Virus record (IMG/VR): IMGVR_UViG_3300017765_000044
Span: 1 to 25,947 of that record
Length of the DNA stretch: 25,947 nucleotides
Direction: 5' to 3' (one strand)
Source of the DNA: a virus
Lineage: Duplodnaviria > Caudoviricetes
Positions 18,898-25,933 of the stretch are shown in pieces. The first letter of the stretch is position 1. Each line of letters begins with the position of its first letter. The notes under the pieces are model-generated. The model was not told the origin of the DNA. It saw nothing but the letters and a program-made list of their open reading frames with translations, and did no database searches. The translations under genes and the position numbers were made by a program.

Positions 18898-19121
18898 TAG
18901 TAATTGAGATCGTATTCAACTGATATAGCCATATTTTTATTGAAATCCTTCCAAGGGATAACAACGTCCTTCTTCCTAATATAAATAGAGTACTTCTGTT
19001 CTTCCTCTAATATATCACATATTGTATGTCCACCGTAAACGTCTTGACCAACTGAGTAATGCATGGCATCATTCTTATAGTCTTTACCTACAGTGATCTT
19101 TCTAATTACGTGGCTGTCCAT
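18897..19121 (-). CDS. Conserved small phage hypothetical protein (MDSHVIRKITVGKDYKNDAMHYSVGQ...)
   Basis: The ORF track gives 19148 as start, but ATG 19121 gives a shorter overlap and is more plausible; TAATG coupling to the next gene. Confidence 0.7.
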   Translation of the reverse strand: MDSHVIRKITVGKDYKNDAMHYSVGQDVYGGHTICDILEEEQKYSIYIRKKDVVIPWKDFNKNMAISVEYDLNY

Positions 19122-19389
19122 TCTCAGCAGGATAATTAATAGTACCATCTGCTAAGTTTATATCGAAAGTACCGTATTTTTTACTAAACTCACTTTGAGC
19201 TTCTGCTATCTGTTTCTGTATGCTAGCGTGTTTGTGCACTAGCTCATGTTTCTGAGTTTCGACAGCTCCTATCTTAAATTGAATAGCATTATTTTGATCT
19301 ACTATTCCTTGTAAGTTTTTCAACTCTTCCTCAGTAATTTTTTCTGCTTTAGGCTTTAAATCGATCACCTTTTCTTTTGTTGCTTCCAT
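19102..19389 (-). CDS. Small coiled-coil hypothetical protein
   Basis: 95 aa with a heptad-rich central helix, ending KKYGTFDINLADGTI. Confidence 0.75.
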   Translation of the reverse strand: MEATKEKVIDLKPKAEKITEEELKNLQGIVDQNNAIQFKIGAVETQKHELVHKHASIQKQIAEAQSEFSKKYGTFDINLADGTINYPAENGQPRN

Positions 19390-19402
19390 AATAATATTTA
19401 AT

Positions 19403-19795
19403 TTACTTTTTTGTTTTCTCTAGTGAACGTCCTCCGAAGTAGGCTCCTATCACTGTGATTAATACTAATTGTAACAGGTCAGTCCACTTTTGTTCTACTT
19501 CAAAAGATATAACACCAGCATCAATAAATATCATTAATACTGTTGATACAACTAGAAACATAAGAACTAGTGGTCTAACATTTTTAGATAACCAAGAGTC
19601 AGACTTCATATCAGCCTCCCACCTGTTGGTTACTTGCTTTTGTAATTCTAACTCATGGTTAGATATTAATTCCTTTATTTTTTGTTCAGCAGCTAGCTTT
19701 TCTTCTTTAGTAGTTGTTAAACTATCTATAACTCCACCTACGTCTTTTATTAGTTTACCAGCTCCACCTGAAAGTACTTTTTGAAGTATACCCAT
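19403..19795 (-). CDS. Holin-like membrane protein (GTA_holin_3TM-like)
   Basis: 130 aa; RWEADMKSDSWLSKNVRP followed by two hydrophobic segments and YFGGRSLEK, a pattern I recognise from the 3TM gene-transfer-agent holin family. Confidence 0.75.
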   Translation of the reverse strand: MGILQKVLSGGAGKLIKDVGGVIDSLTTTKEEKLAAEQKIKELISNHELELQKQVTNRWEADMKSDSWLSKNVRPLVLMFLVVSTVLMIFIDAGVISFEVEQKWTDLLQLVLITVIGAYFGGRSLEKTKK

Positions 19796-20145
19796 TATTC
19801 GTTATCTCTAGCCTTCTTCTCCCAAGGAAAGTTCATACTACCCTCTTCGCTCCACTTACCGTTGTACTTAATCTTACCATCTTTTCTATGATAAGTTTTA
19901 CCGTTATATCTAACATAATCATCTCCATAAGAAAGCTTACCAGACTGCATGTCCCTCATATGTTGCATCTCGTGGTTGATAACTTTTTTCTCTAACGCAC
20001 TTCCAGGTTTCACAGACTTATCTATATCTATAGAACCGTCGTTATTAGCTTTACCCACGACACCGTCTTCTAGTTTTTTTCTAAATATAGGTGTGTTCTT
20101 AGAGTTTCTAATTTGTCTACTTTCTCTACCTAGTTTAAATCCCAT
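19795..20145 (-). CDS. Zincin-type (HExxH) metalloprotease
   Basis: 116 aa; VINHEMQH zinc motif and downstream PWEKKA providing a candidate third ligand Glu. Confidence 0.7.
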   Translation of the reverse strand: MGFKLGRESRQIRNSKNTPIFRKKLEDGVVGKANNDGSIDIDKSVKPGSALEKKVINHEMQHMRDMQSGKLSYGDDYVRYNGKTYHRKDGKIKYNGKWSEEGSMNFPWEKKARDNE

Positions 20146-20687
20146 TATGCTAAATCGGTTTCTTTTTGTTTAGACTTGTTTGTAGCTATGTTTTTTTCTT
20201 TCTTCTTTTTTTCGCTTTCAGCTATCATCTCTTTACTCTTACCTTCAGCTACTTTTTTAGTACCTTTAACAACTGCTTTAGTTGCGTACTTTGCTGTAGT
20301 CTTAGCGGCGGCAGCCAGTGCTTTACTTCCTTTGGCCGCAGTCACACCTGCTTTAGCTAGTTTACTAGCACCCACGGCTAATCCAGCGCCAGGAACAGCA
20401 GCCGCAGCGTTTAGAGCCATAGAAGCAAGATGCTTTTTAACTCCAGTGTTATCACCAGTGTATCCAGCGTAAGCAGCTCTACCACCAGATATAGCAGTAT
20501 TAGCAGCATCAGCTATATTCCCAATACCTGGTATCATACCTGCAGCGGTTAAAGCTACTTGACCTTTATCCATTAAACTACTCCAATCGAAATTTAATGG
20601 TGAGCTACTCTTGTCTTCCGAGCTTCTCCTTGATTCTGGTTTTCCAGCTGACCTAACAGTTTTACCGTAAGCTTTGTTATATGCCAT
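20145..20687 (-). CDS. Gly/Ala-rich protein with a pre-toxin-like helical hairpin and Lys-rich tail; possible internal/ejection protein
   Basis: 180 aa; ALTAAGMIPGIGNIADAANTAIS...MALNAAAAVPGAG; SPLN at residues 29-32. Confidence 0.65.
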   Translation of the reverse strand: MAYNKAYGKTVRSAGKPESRRSSEDKSSSPLNFDWSSLMDKGQVALTAAGMIPGIGNIADAANTAISGGRAAYAGYTGDNTGVKKHLASMALNAAAAVPGAGLAVGASKLAKAGVTAAKGSKALAAAAKTTAKYATKAVVKGTKKVAEGKSKEMIAESEKKKKEKNIATNKSKQKETDLA

Positions 20688-21127
20688 TATCTGTCTTTGT
20701 CTTTAATCATATCATCTATAGCCTTGTTCATAACTTTGTCAGTATATGATTCGTTCTTATAGTAAGGATTTTTTATTGAAACAGGTATATCCTCTTCTCC
20801 AAGCAGAATCCTGTATATTCTACTTATCATATGATTACACTTAAATGACGTTTTGTAAACCGCGTACTTCATTGTGGTTCGATTTCTCTCTCTCCAAACA
20901 TCTATCCACCCATCTCTTCTCAACCGCTCCCATCTATGTTTATCCCATGAGTAAGAATAAACACCGTTAATAAACTCGTGCCTTGTAAATCTATTTAAAC
21001 AATTTAAATATATTAATAATTCTAGATCAGCATCGTTTATCTTGTTAGTTTTACATATCCATTTACGTACTATCCTGTAGTACTTAAATAACTGTATTCT
21101 CTTTATGTCATCAGACGTTATCCTCAT
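20687..21127 (-). CDS. Putative winged-helix (MarR-like) DNA-binding protein
   Basis: 146 aa; INDADLELLIYL ... WERLRRDGWI ... YKTSFKC pattern fits MarR-type wHTH spacing. Confidence 0.5.
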   Translation of the reverse strand: MRITSDDIKRIQLFKYYRIVRKWICKTNKINDADLELLIYLNCLNRFTRHEFINGVYSYSWDKHRWERLRRDGWIDVWRERNRTTMKYAVYKTSFKCNHMISRIYRILLGEEDIPVSIKNPYYKNESYTDKVMNKAIDDMIKDKDR

Positions 21128-21380
21128 CTACTAGAACTACATCTCTTAATCTAATAACTCTATACATAAGATCTTCATAGGCTATATCATGACCGGCGTG
21201 CTTATCGTACATCACTACCGTATTAACTTTTATGATGTCCGCTAAGTTTCCAACTGATACTACCTTAGCTTTCTTATATCTATTATCTGTATCCGTATCG
21301 TCTGTAAGTAGAAGACCACCTGAAGTAGTCTTCTTTTCTTTAATTCTCTCTACTACTATATAATCGTTAACTGCCTTCAT
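21111..21380 (-). CDS. groES: Co-chaperonin GroES
   Basis: 89 aa; MKAVNDYIVVE, mobile loop KTTSGGLLL, AKVVSVG, VMYDKHAG, VIRLRDVVLV; overlaps the groEL stop. Confidence 0.9.
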   Translation of the reverse strand: MKAVNDYIVVERIKEKKTTSGGLLLTDDTDTDNRYKKAKVVSVGNLADIIKVNTVVMYDKHAGHDIAYEDLMYRVIRLRDVVLVDEDNV

Positions 21381-22932
21381 TTATTCTTACGTTTGAGATT
21401 ACACAATCCGCTGACATTATTGTAAGCGCTACACTGACCGCATTCTTTAAAGCTGTCTTAGTTACTAACACTGGGTCTATAATACCAGCGTCAACCATGT
21501 CAACAGGTGTACCGGTTACTACGTCCACGCCTCTTCCGATGCCTTGTGAATTATTAGTGTTCTCATAACCTGCGTTGTTTAGTATGGTTTCATAAGGTGC
21601 TCTACAGGCTGTAAGCAATACTTCTCCGGCTTGCCCGGAGAGAATTTTTTCTGCAGCATTAAGTAGCGCAACTCCTCCTCCAGGAACTATCCCTTCTTTT
21701 AAAGCTGCCTTAGTAGCGTATATAGCATCTTCAACTCTATCTTTCTTTTCTTTTAACTCAACTTTAGAATCAGCACCAACCTTAATAACACCCACACTAC
21801 CGGATAAAGTGGCTAAACGTTGTTCTAGTTTCTTTTTAATAAAACCATTCTTTTCTTCAGCAACCATAGCCTTAACCTCTACTATTCTTTCTAGAATACT
21901 ATTCGTTGTAGCATCCATAGTTATAGTAGTATTTTTATCATCGGTAACAGCGAAATCAACTTCACCCAAATGTTCAGGTGTAATAAGATCTAAGTCATCC
22001 CCTAGTTCTTCATTAATTACTGTAGATCCAGTTAATATAGCTAAATCCTCTATAGCATCCCGTTTAGTAGGTCCAAAGCCTGGTGGATCAACGATGTTTA
22101 CTTTAATGTTACCTTTAACCTTGTTCATTAGCAACGCAGATTTAACTTGCTGAGCTACTGGTGCTACTATAAGTAATGCACGACCTTGCTTTATAACATG
22201 CTCTAGTACTCCTTGTATCTTACGTATGTTAGGTATCTCAGAGGAAACTGTCAACACATATGGATTATCTAATTCACATATATGCTTCTCATTGTTAGTG
22301 ACAAAATGAGGAGATATAAGACCACAGTCTATTTGAGCACCATCAACTATGTCTACATACGTATCCTCAGTTGGGCTCTCCTCCATAAGAACAACACCGT
22401 GCTTACCTACTTTTTCATAAGCTTCAGCTATAATTTCACCTAATTCGTTATCGTTATTACAAGATATAGCTGCGACAGCTTTAAGCATGTCACCTTCTAC
22501 ATCTAAGGATGTTGAATCTAGGTATTCAATAACCTCAACAAGGCATTGATTAACTCCATCTTTAATTTCTCTGATTGAAACGCCTGCAGCGACGGCAGTA
22601 CGTATAGAATTTATAAGGGCTTCGACTAGAACTGTAGCGGTTGTTGTTCCATCACCAGCTTCTTTAACTGTATTACGAGCAGCCTCTTTAACTAGAGTTG
22701 CCCCCATATTCTCAACCGGGTCAAATAAGACTACGCTTTCTGCAACGGTTACACCGTCTTTTGTTATGACCGGTTTGCCTCGTCCATCTTCGTAAATAAC
22801 GCATTTTCCCGATGCGCCCAATGTGGATTTAACGGCTTTTGCTAGCTTGTTTACACCAGCAATTACTCTATTCTCAGCTTCTTGGCCAAAGTTTAAGTCT
22901 TTAACCAATTCACTAGGTAAATTGTACTCCAT
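21367..22932 (-). CDS. groEL: Chaperonin GroEL (phage-encoded)
   Basis: 521 aa; ITKDGVTVA, AGDGTTTATVL, PGFG, ELKEKKDRVEDA, EGIVPGGG, GIIDPVLVTKTAL; lacks the GGM tail. Confidence 0.97.
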   Translation of the reverse strand: MEYNLPSELVKDLNFGQEAENRVIAGVNKLAKAVKSTLGASGKCVIYEDGRGKPVITKDGVTVAESVVLFDPVENMGATLVKEAARNTVKEAGDGTTTATVLVEALINSIRTAVAAGVSIREIKDGVNQCLVEVIEYLDSTSLDVEGDMLKAVAAISCNNDNELGEIIAEAYEKVGKHGVVLMEESPTEDTYVDIVDGAQIDCGLISPHFVTNNEKHICELDNPYVLTVSSEIPNIRKIQGVLEHVIKQGRALLIVAPVAQQVKSALLMNKVKGNIKVNIVDPPGFGPTKRDAIEDLAILTGSTVINEELGDDLDLITPEHLGEVDFAVTDDKNTTITMDATTNSILERIVEVKAMVAEEKNGFIKKKLEQRLATLSGSVGVIKVGADSKVELKEKKDRVEDAIYATKAALKEGIVPGGGVALLNAAEKILSGQAGEVLLTACRAPYETILNNAGYENTNNSQGIGRGVDVVTGTPVDMVDAGIIDPVLVTKTALKNAVSVALTIMSADCVISNVRINEGS

Positions 22933-22969
22933 AATGTATTGAATTGAATTTAATTAAATTGTATAATGC

Positions 22970-23269
22970 TTAAGATTCGAAGGTTTTAACTACTTTCGGT
23001 CCACTAAGGAACTCCAGTTTTTTACCAAAGTGTTCGACACTGCCATCGATAGCCGCTTCAGCTCCATCGAGAGTCTCTCTACGCGTGATGTCAACCCATT
23101 TTTCTTCGTCATTTGGGTTGTTGACTTCTGTTTGGTAGTACCCATTTGGTAATTGTGTTATTCTCCAGTTCTTTTTATCTGCTAAATGCTTCCATTCAGC
23201 AATTTTCTCTTCCGAGACGTTAGGTTTACCAGTATTTAGGGTACTGGTTTTGTAGTAATAATAGGTCAT
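22970..23269 (-). CDS. Conserved phage hypothetical protein
   Basis: 99-aa ORF in the operon (WRITQLPNGYYQTE, WVDITRRETLDGAEAAIDGS). Confidence 0.75.
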   Translation of the reverse strand: MTYYYYKTSTLNTGKPNVSEEKIAEWKHLADKKNWRITQLPNGYYQTEVNNPNDEEKWVDITRRETLDGAEAAIDGSVEHFGKKLEFLSGPKVVKTFES

Positions 23270-23297
23270 TTGTTTTTATTTTGGTTTATTGATTAAT

Positions 23298-24044
23298 TTA
23301 TTTCTTATTTTGCGGGCCAGCTGGTTTTTTCTTGTTAGCATCTGACTTCATTACACCTGTACTAGCTTTTTGAGAGTCTTTAGCTCTGTTGTAATCTTTA
23401 GCAGCTTTCTCAAACGATGCGTAATCTTTGTACTTACTCTTAACACCACCTTTATCTGCGTCCCAAGCTGCTTTATACGTTACTCCAGTACCTCTTTTTG
23501 TAGGTACTTTCTTAATAGTCTTCTTAACAACTGGTTTTGTAACGACTTTACTTTTATCAGCTTGAGGTTTTGTAGTTTGTATCTTTGTACCTGCTCTACC
23601 TTTACTATCAGTTCTTGCGTCTACAGCTTTATTGTAGTTTTTCATGCTAGCATCGTTAACAGGCATAGCTGTTGGAGCAACTTTAGTCTTACCTTTTTTA
23701 GCTTGTCTAGCAGATATTCTTGCAGCTTTCTTAACGTTACCTTTTTCAACTGCTTTTGCTATACGTTCGTCAGCGGATCTACGGTTTAAAGGGGATTGTT
23801 TATCAGATGCAGCCTTTTTCATAGACTCTTTTCTGTTACCATCTCCATCAATGTCCGGATAATCTGGCTTAGCCATCTTCATTGGTGAGTCTTTGTATTT
23901 TTTCATTGGTGACTCAGCCTTGCTTGCATGCACGGCTTTCCTTTGTGCATCTGACTTATACTTGTTTAGTGGGCTGGAAACACCTTTGTGAGCTGAAAAC
24001 CCTTTCATTTTAAAACCTCTACCTTGTTTCTTAAAGTTTGGCAT
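23298..24044 (-). CDS. Lys-rich modular protein with repeated SP[LM] motifs; putative internal/DNA-binding virion protein
   Basis: 248 aa; GFKMKGF, SPLN twice, SPMK twice, a DIDGDG EF-hand-like loop; strongly basic. Confidence 0.7.
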   Translation of the reverse strand: MPNFKKQGRGFKMKGFSAHKGVSSPLNKYKSDAQRKAVHASKAESPMKKYKDSPMKMAKPDYPDIDGDGNRKESMKKAASDKQSPLNRRSADERIAKAVEKGNVKKAARISARQAKKGKTKVAPTAMPVNDASMKNYNKAVDARTDSKGRAGTKIQTTKPQADKSKVVTKPVVKKTIKKVPTKRGTGVTYKAAWDADKGGVKSKYKDYASFEKAAKDYNRAKDSQKASTGVMKSDANKKKPAGPQNKK

Positions 24045-24050
24045 AATTAC

Positions 24051-24770
24051 TTATTTTTTATATTTTTTATTTTTACGTCCTTTAAATGGTAATGGGTTAT
24101 TACCTTTATAACTTAAAGCTTGTTTTCTACTGTAAGTCACAGGTGACTCATCAACCCAATCTAAATCTCCTTTAGGTGTAGTTGGGTTACCAACTAAGGT
24201 TGTGGATCTTCTAGCAGAGTAGTTATCTTCATAATCAGAAGGATCTCCAAACATGTCATCATATTTAGAGGAGTCATACTTAGGTTTTTCTACTACAGGT
24301 TTTTTAATAATCTTCTTTTCCTCTACAACTGGTTGCTCAACAATCTCTTCTCTAGGTCTAACAACTTGCTCACTACGTTTAAGCTCCATTTTAGGAGAAT
24401 CAGTAGGTATGGCTTTTGTATTTTTAGTATCAAGAGATATTGTTTCTTGCTGTACAGGTCTCTTTCTATCCTCTCTCTTTTTTCTATTTTCATCTCGCAG
24501 AGCTATTAACTCTTCCTCAGTCATTTTTCCTTTCTTTTCACCACTGAAAATATCTTTAATCTTATTGCTAATCTTTCTTCTTTTCTTTTTAGATATTACA
24601 GGACCTATACCAGAACCAGATTTTTTATATCTTCTTTTTCCACCACTGTAAGTCCTAAAGTTTTTGTTTTTACCAACGTTACGGACTAAACCTCTACCTC
24701 TAGGTCTCTTATTTAACGGTGATTCTTCACCGCTACTACCTTCTCCAAATCCTGGTAAGTTAAATGCCAT
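24051..24770 (-). CDS. Lys/Arg-rich protein with an SPLN motif; first gene of the minus-strand block
   Basis: 239 aa; MAFNLPG...ESPLNKR; basic N- and C-termini. Confidence 0.7.
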   Translation of the reverse strand: MAFNLPGFGEGSSGEESPLNKRPRGRGLVRNVGKNKNFRTYSGGKRRYKKSGSGIGPVISKKKRRKISNKIKDIFSGEKKGKMTEEELIALRDENRKKREDRKRPVQQETISLDTKNTKAIPTDSPKMELKRSEQVVRPREEIVEQPVVEEKKIIKKPVVEKPKYDSSKYDDMFGDPSDYEDNYSARRSTTLVGNPTTPKGDLDWVDESPVTYSRKQALSYKGNNPLPFKGRKNKKYKK

Positions 24771-24795
24771 AGCTTGTTTTTTAATTGTACTTCAT

Positions 24796-24823
24796 TATAA
24801 TCACATTGTTATAGAATTATTTA
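24796..24823 (-). promoter_or_regulatory. Candidate phage late promoter, TAAMT-N12-ATGTRAYTATA (copy 1)
   Basis: Minus strand reads TAAAT-aattctataaca-ATGTGATTATA, 25 bp upstream of the first gene of the structural block; matches 8889-8916. Confidence 0.55.
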
Positions 24824-24828
24824 CAGAG

Positions 24829-24871
24829 TGACATTAGCTAGTTACTAGTTCCTTTATATAGGCTATTGTCA
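24829..24871. repeat. Inverted repeat TGACATTAGC-N23-GCTATTGTCA
   Basis: 10-bp arms with one mismatch; an internal CTAGT-T-ACTAG palindrome at 24838-24848. Confidence 0.7.
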
Positions 24872-24894
24872 TAGTTTTCCGTATTGCAAATATT

Positions 24895-24972
24895 GGGGTG
24901 AAGTATTGCCCCCTCTCCCACCTACCTGCCCCCAAATCAAAAGTCAAATCGATTTGCCCAGCCCCACCTCCG
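24895..24972. other. GC-rich, strand-asymmetric island (C-runs on plus, G-runs on minus) with the perfect palindrome CAAATCGATTTG
   Basis: Five C-runs of 3-5 nt in an otherwise AT-rich intergenic region; palindrome at 24945-24956; CAAATC also at 24933. Confidence 0.75.
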
Positions 24973-25035
24973 TCAATCCATAATCATATATGTCTTCCCA
25001 TATATATACCATCTTACATATATTATTATAATTAA

Positions 25036-25082
25036 TACAAACTAAATACGACTATATATAGATAATATAAATGTAATTAAAA
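25036..25082 (+). promoter_or_regulatory. Candidate phage early promoter, TACAAACTAAATACGACT-N7-GATAATATA-wAyGTAAyTAAAA (copy 1)
   Basis: 18-bp and 9-bp blocks identical to the copy at 25597-25643; motif start is 77 bp before ATG 25113. Confidence 0.8.
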
Positions 25083-25112
25083 CAAACAATAATTAAACTA
25101 AATAAATTAACT

Positions 25113-25358
25113 ATGACTAATTCAACTACTAATTCAATTACTACTAAACGATTTGTTATTCGTCAATCATTAATCGGTAAGAATACTATCATTACATTCG
25201 TAACTAAGAAAGGCGATACAGTATCGTACTCACATGACGATGTATATAACGCTCATAAGTCTCGCTTCGATGCTATGAATTGCTTCGCGAAGTACAAGTC
25301 TTATACTAACTCTAATGCGATGCCAGCATTCTGTCGTAACTTACAATTAACTAAATAA
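25113..25358 (+). CDS. Small hypothetical (likely early) protein
   Basis: 81 aa; behind the repeated promoter-like motif; AATTAACTATG start context. Confidence 0.8.
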   Translation: MTNSTTNSITTKRFVIRQSLIGKNTIITFVTKKGDTVSYSHDDVYNAHKSRFDAMNCFAKYKSYTNSNAMPAFCRNLQLTK

Positions 25359-25367
25359 TAATTAACT

Positions 25368-25526
25368 ATGAGAAAGATCTTATCTTACTTACCATTCGCT
25401 TCAGTACTATGTACTAACATTAGCTTACTATTCATGTTCGCTATAACAGGTCAACTAGGTTACTTGTCGCTACTAGTCGCTGCAGTATTCGCTCTTATTA
25501 ACTCGCTAAAGTTAATTATCGAATAA
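25368..25526 (+). CDS. Small two-helix membrane protein, 52 aa (MRKILSYLPFASVLCTNISLLFMFAITGQLGYLSLLVAAVFALINSLKLIIE), absent from the ORF track
   Basis: Hand-translated; same AATTAACTATG start context as 25113; two hydrophobic segments joined by TGQLG. Confidence 0.7.
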   Translation: MRKILSYLPFASVLCTNISLLFMFAITGQLGYLSLLVAAVFALINSLKLIIE

Positions 25527-25596
25527 TTGCGAGTACAGAGAAGTTGCGGAGTACTACGAAACTATTTTCTACTTATTAATAATTAATCCACTTTAT

Positions 25597-25643
25597 TACA
25601 AACTAAATACGACTTGAATTGGATAATATATACGTAACTAAAA
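25597..25643 (+). promoter_or_regulatory. Candidate phage early promoter (copy 2)
   Basis: TACAAACTAAATACGACT-tgaattg-GATAATATA-tacgtaactaaaa; motif start is 77 bp before ATG 25674. Confidence 0.8.
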
Positions 25644-25673
25644 TAAATATAACAAACTAAAAATTAAATTCTT

Positions 25674-25931
25674 ATGTCTACTATTATTAAAACTAATTCT
25701 TCAAATAAAATTATTACTATTAATAACAATAAATATATTCCATTTCAACTTCATCAATTACCAAAATATTATCAAGAAATAGAATTAACAAGTCAATTCA
25801 AACTAAATGGCTTAATTTATATTAATATTAATTCTTTAAAAAATAGTTTTAAAACTTCTAAACAATTACTTGAAAATTATAATTCAAGATTAACTTCAAA
25901 TAAATCTATAAACTATACTCAATCAAGATAA
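25674..25931 (+). CDS. Small Asn/Ile/Lys-rich hypothetical (likely early) protein
   Basis: 85 aa, extremely AT-rich; same spacing from the promoter motif as ORF 25113. Confidence 0.65.
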   Translation: MSTIIKTNSSNKIITINNNKYIPFQLHQLPKYYQEIELTSQFKLNGLIYININSLKNSFKTSKQLLENYNSRLTSNKSINYTQSR

Positions 25932-25933
25932 TT

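Noticed and set aside
22933-22962. TTGAA/TTTAA 5-nt periodic tract upstream of groEL
   Set aside because: Short and AT-only; adequately explained as an unstructured translation initiation region
2011-24651. Numerous plus-strand ORFs of 60-140 aa antisense to the structural genes
   Set aside because: They are antisense to well-supported genes and have the Ser/Leu/Phe-rich composition typical of reverse-complement shadows
78-24770. Stop-codon reassignment as seen in some crAss-like phages
   Set aside because: All long genes are intact under the standard code and coding density is near complete; the strong TAA preference fits low GC
24771-25112. tRNA or known structured ncRNA in the divergent gap
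   Set aside because: No cloverleaf, T-loop GTTC motif or recognisable riboswitch found by eye
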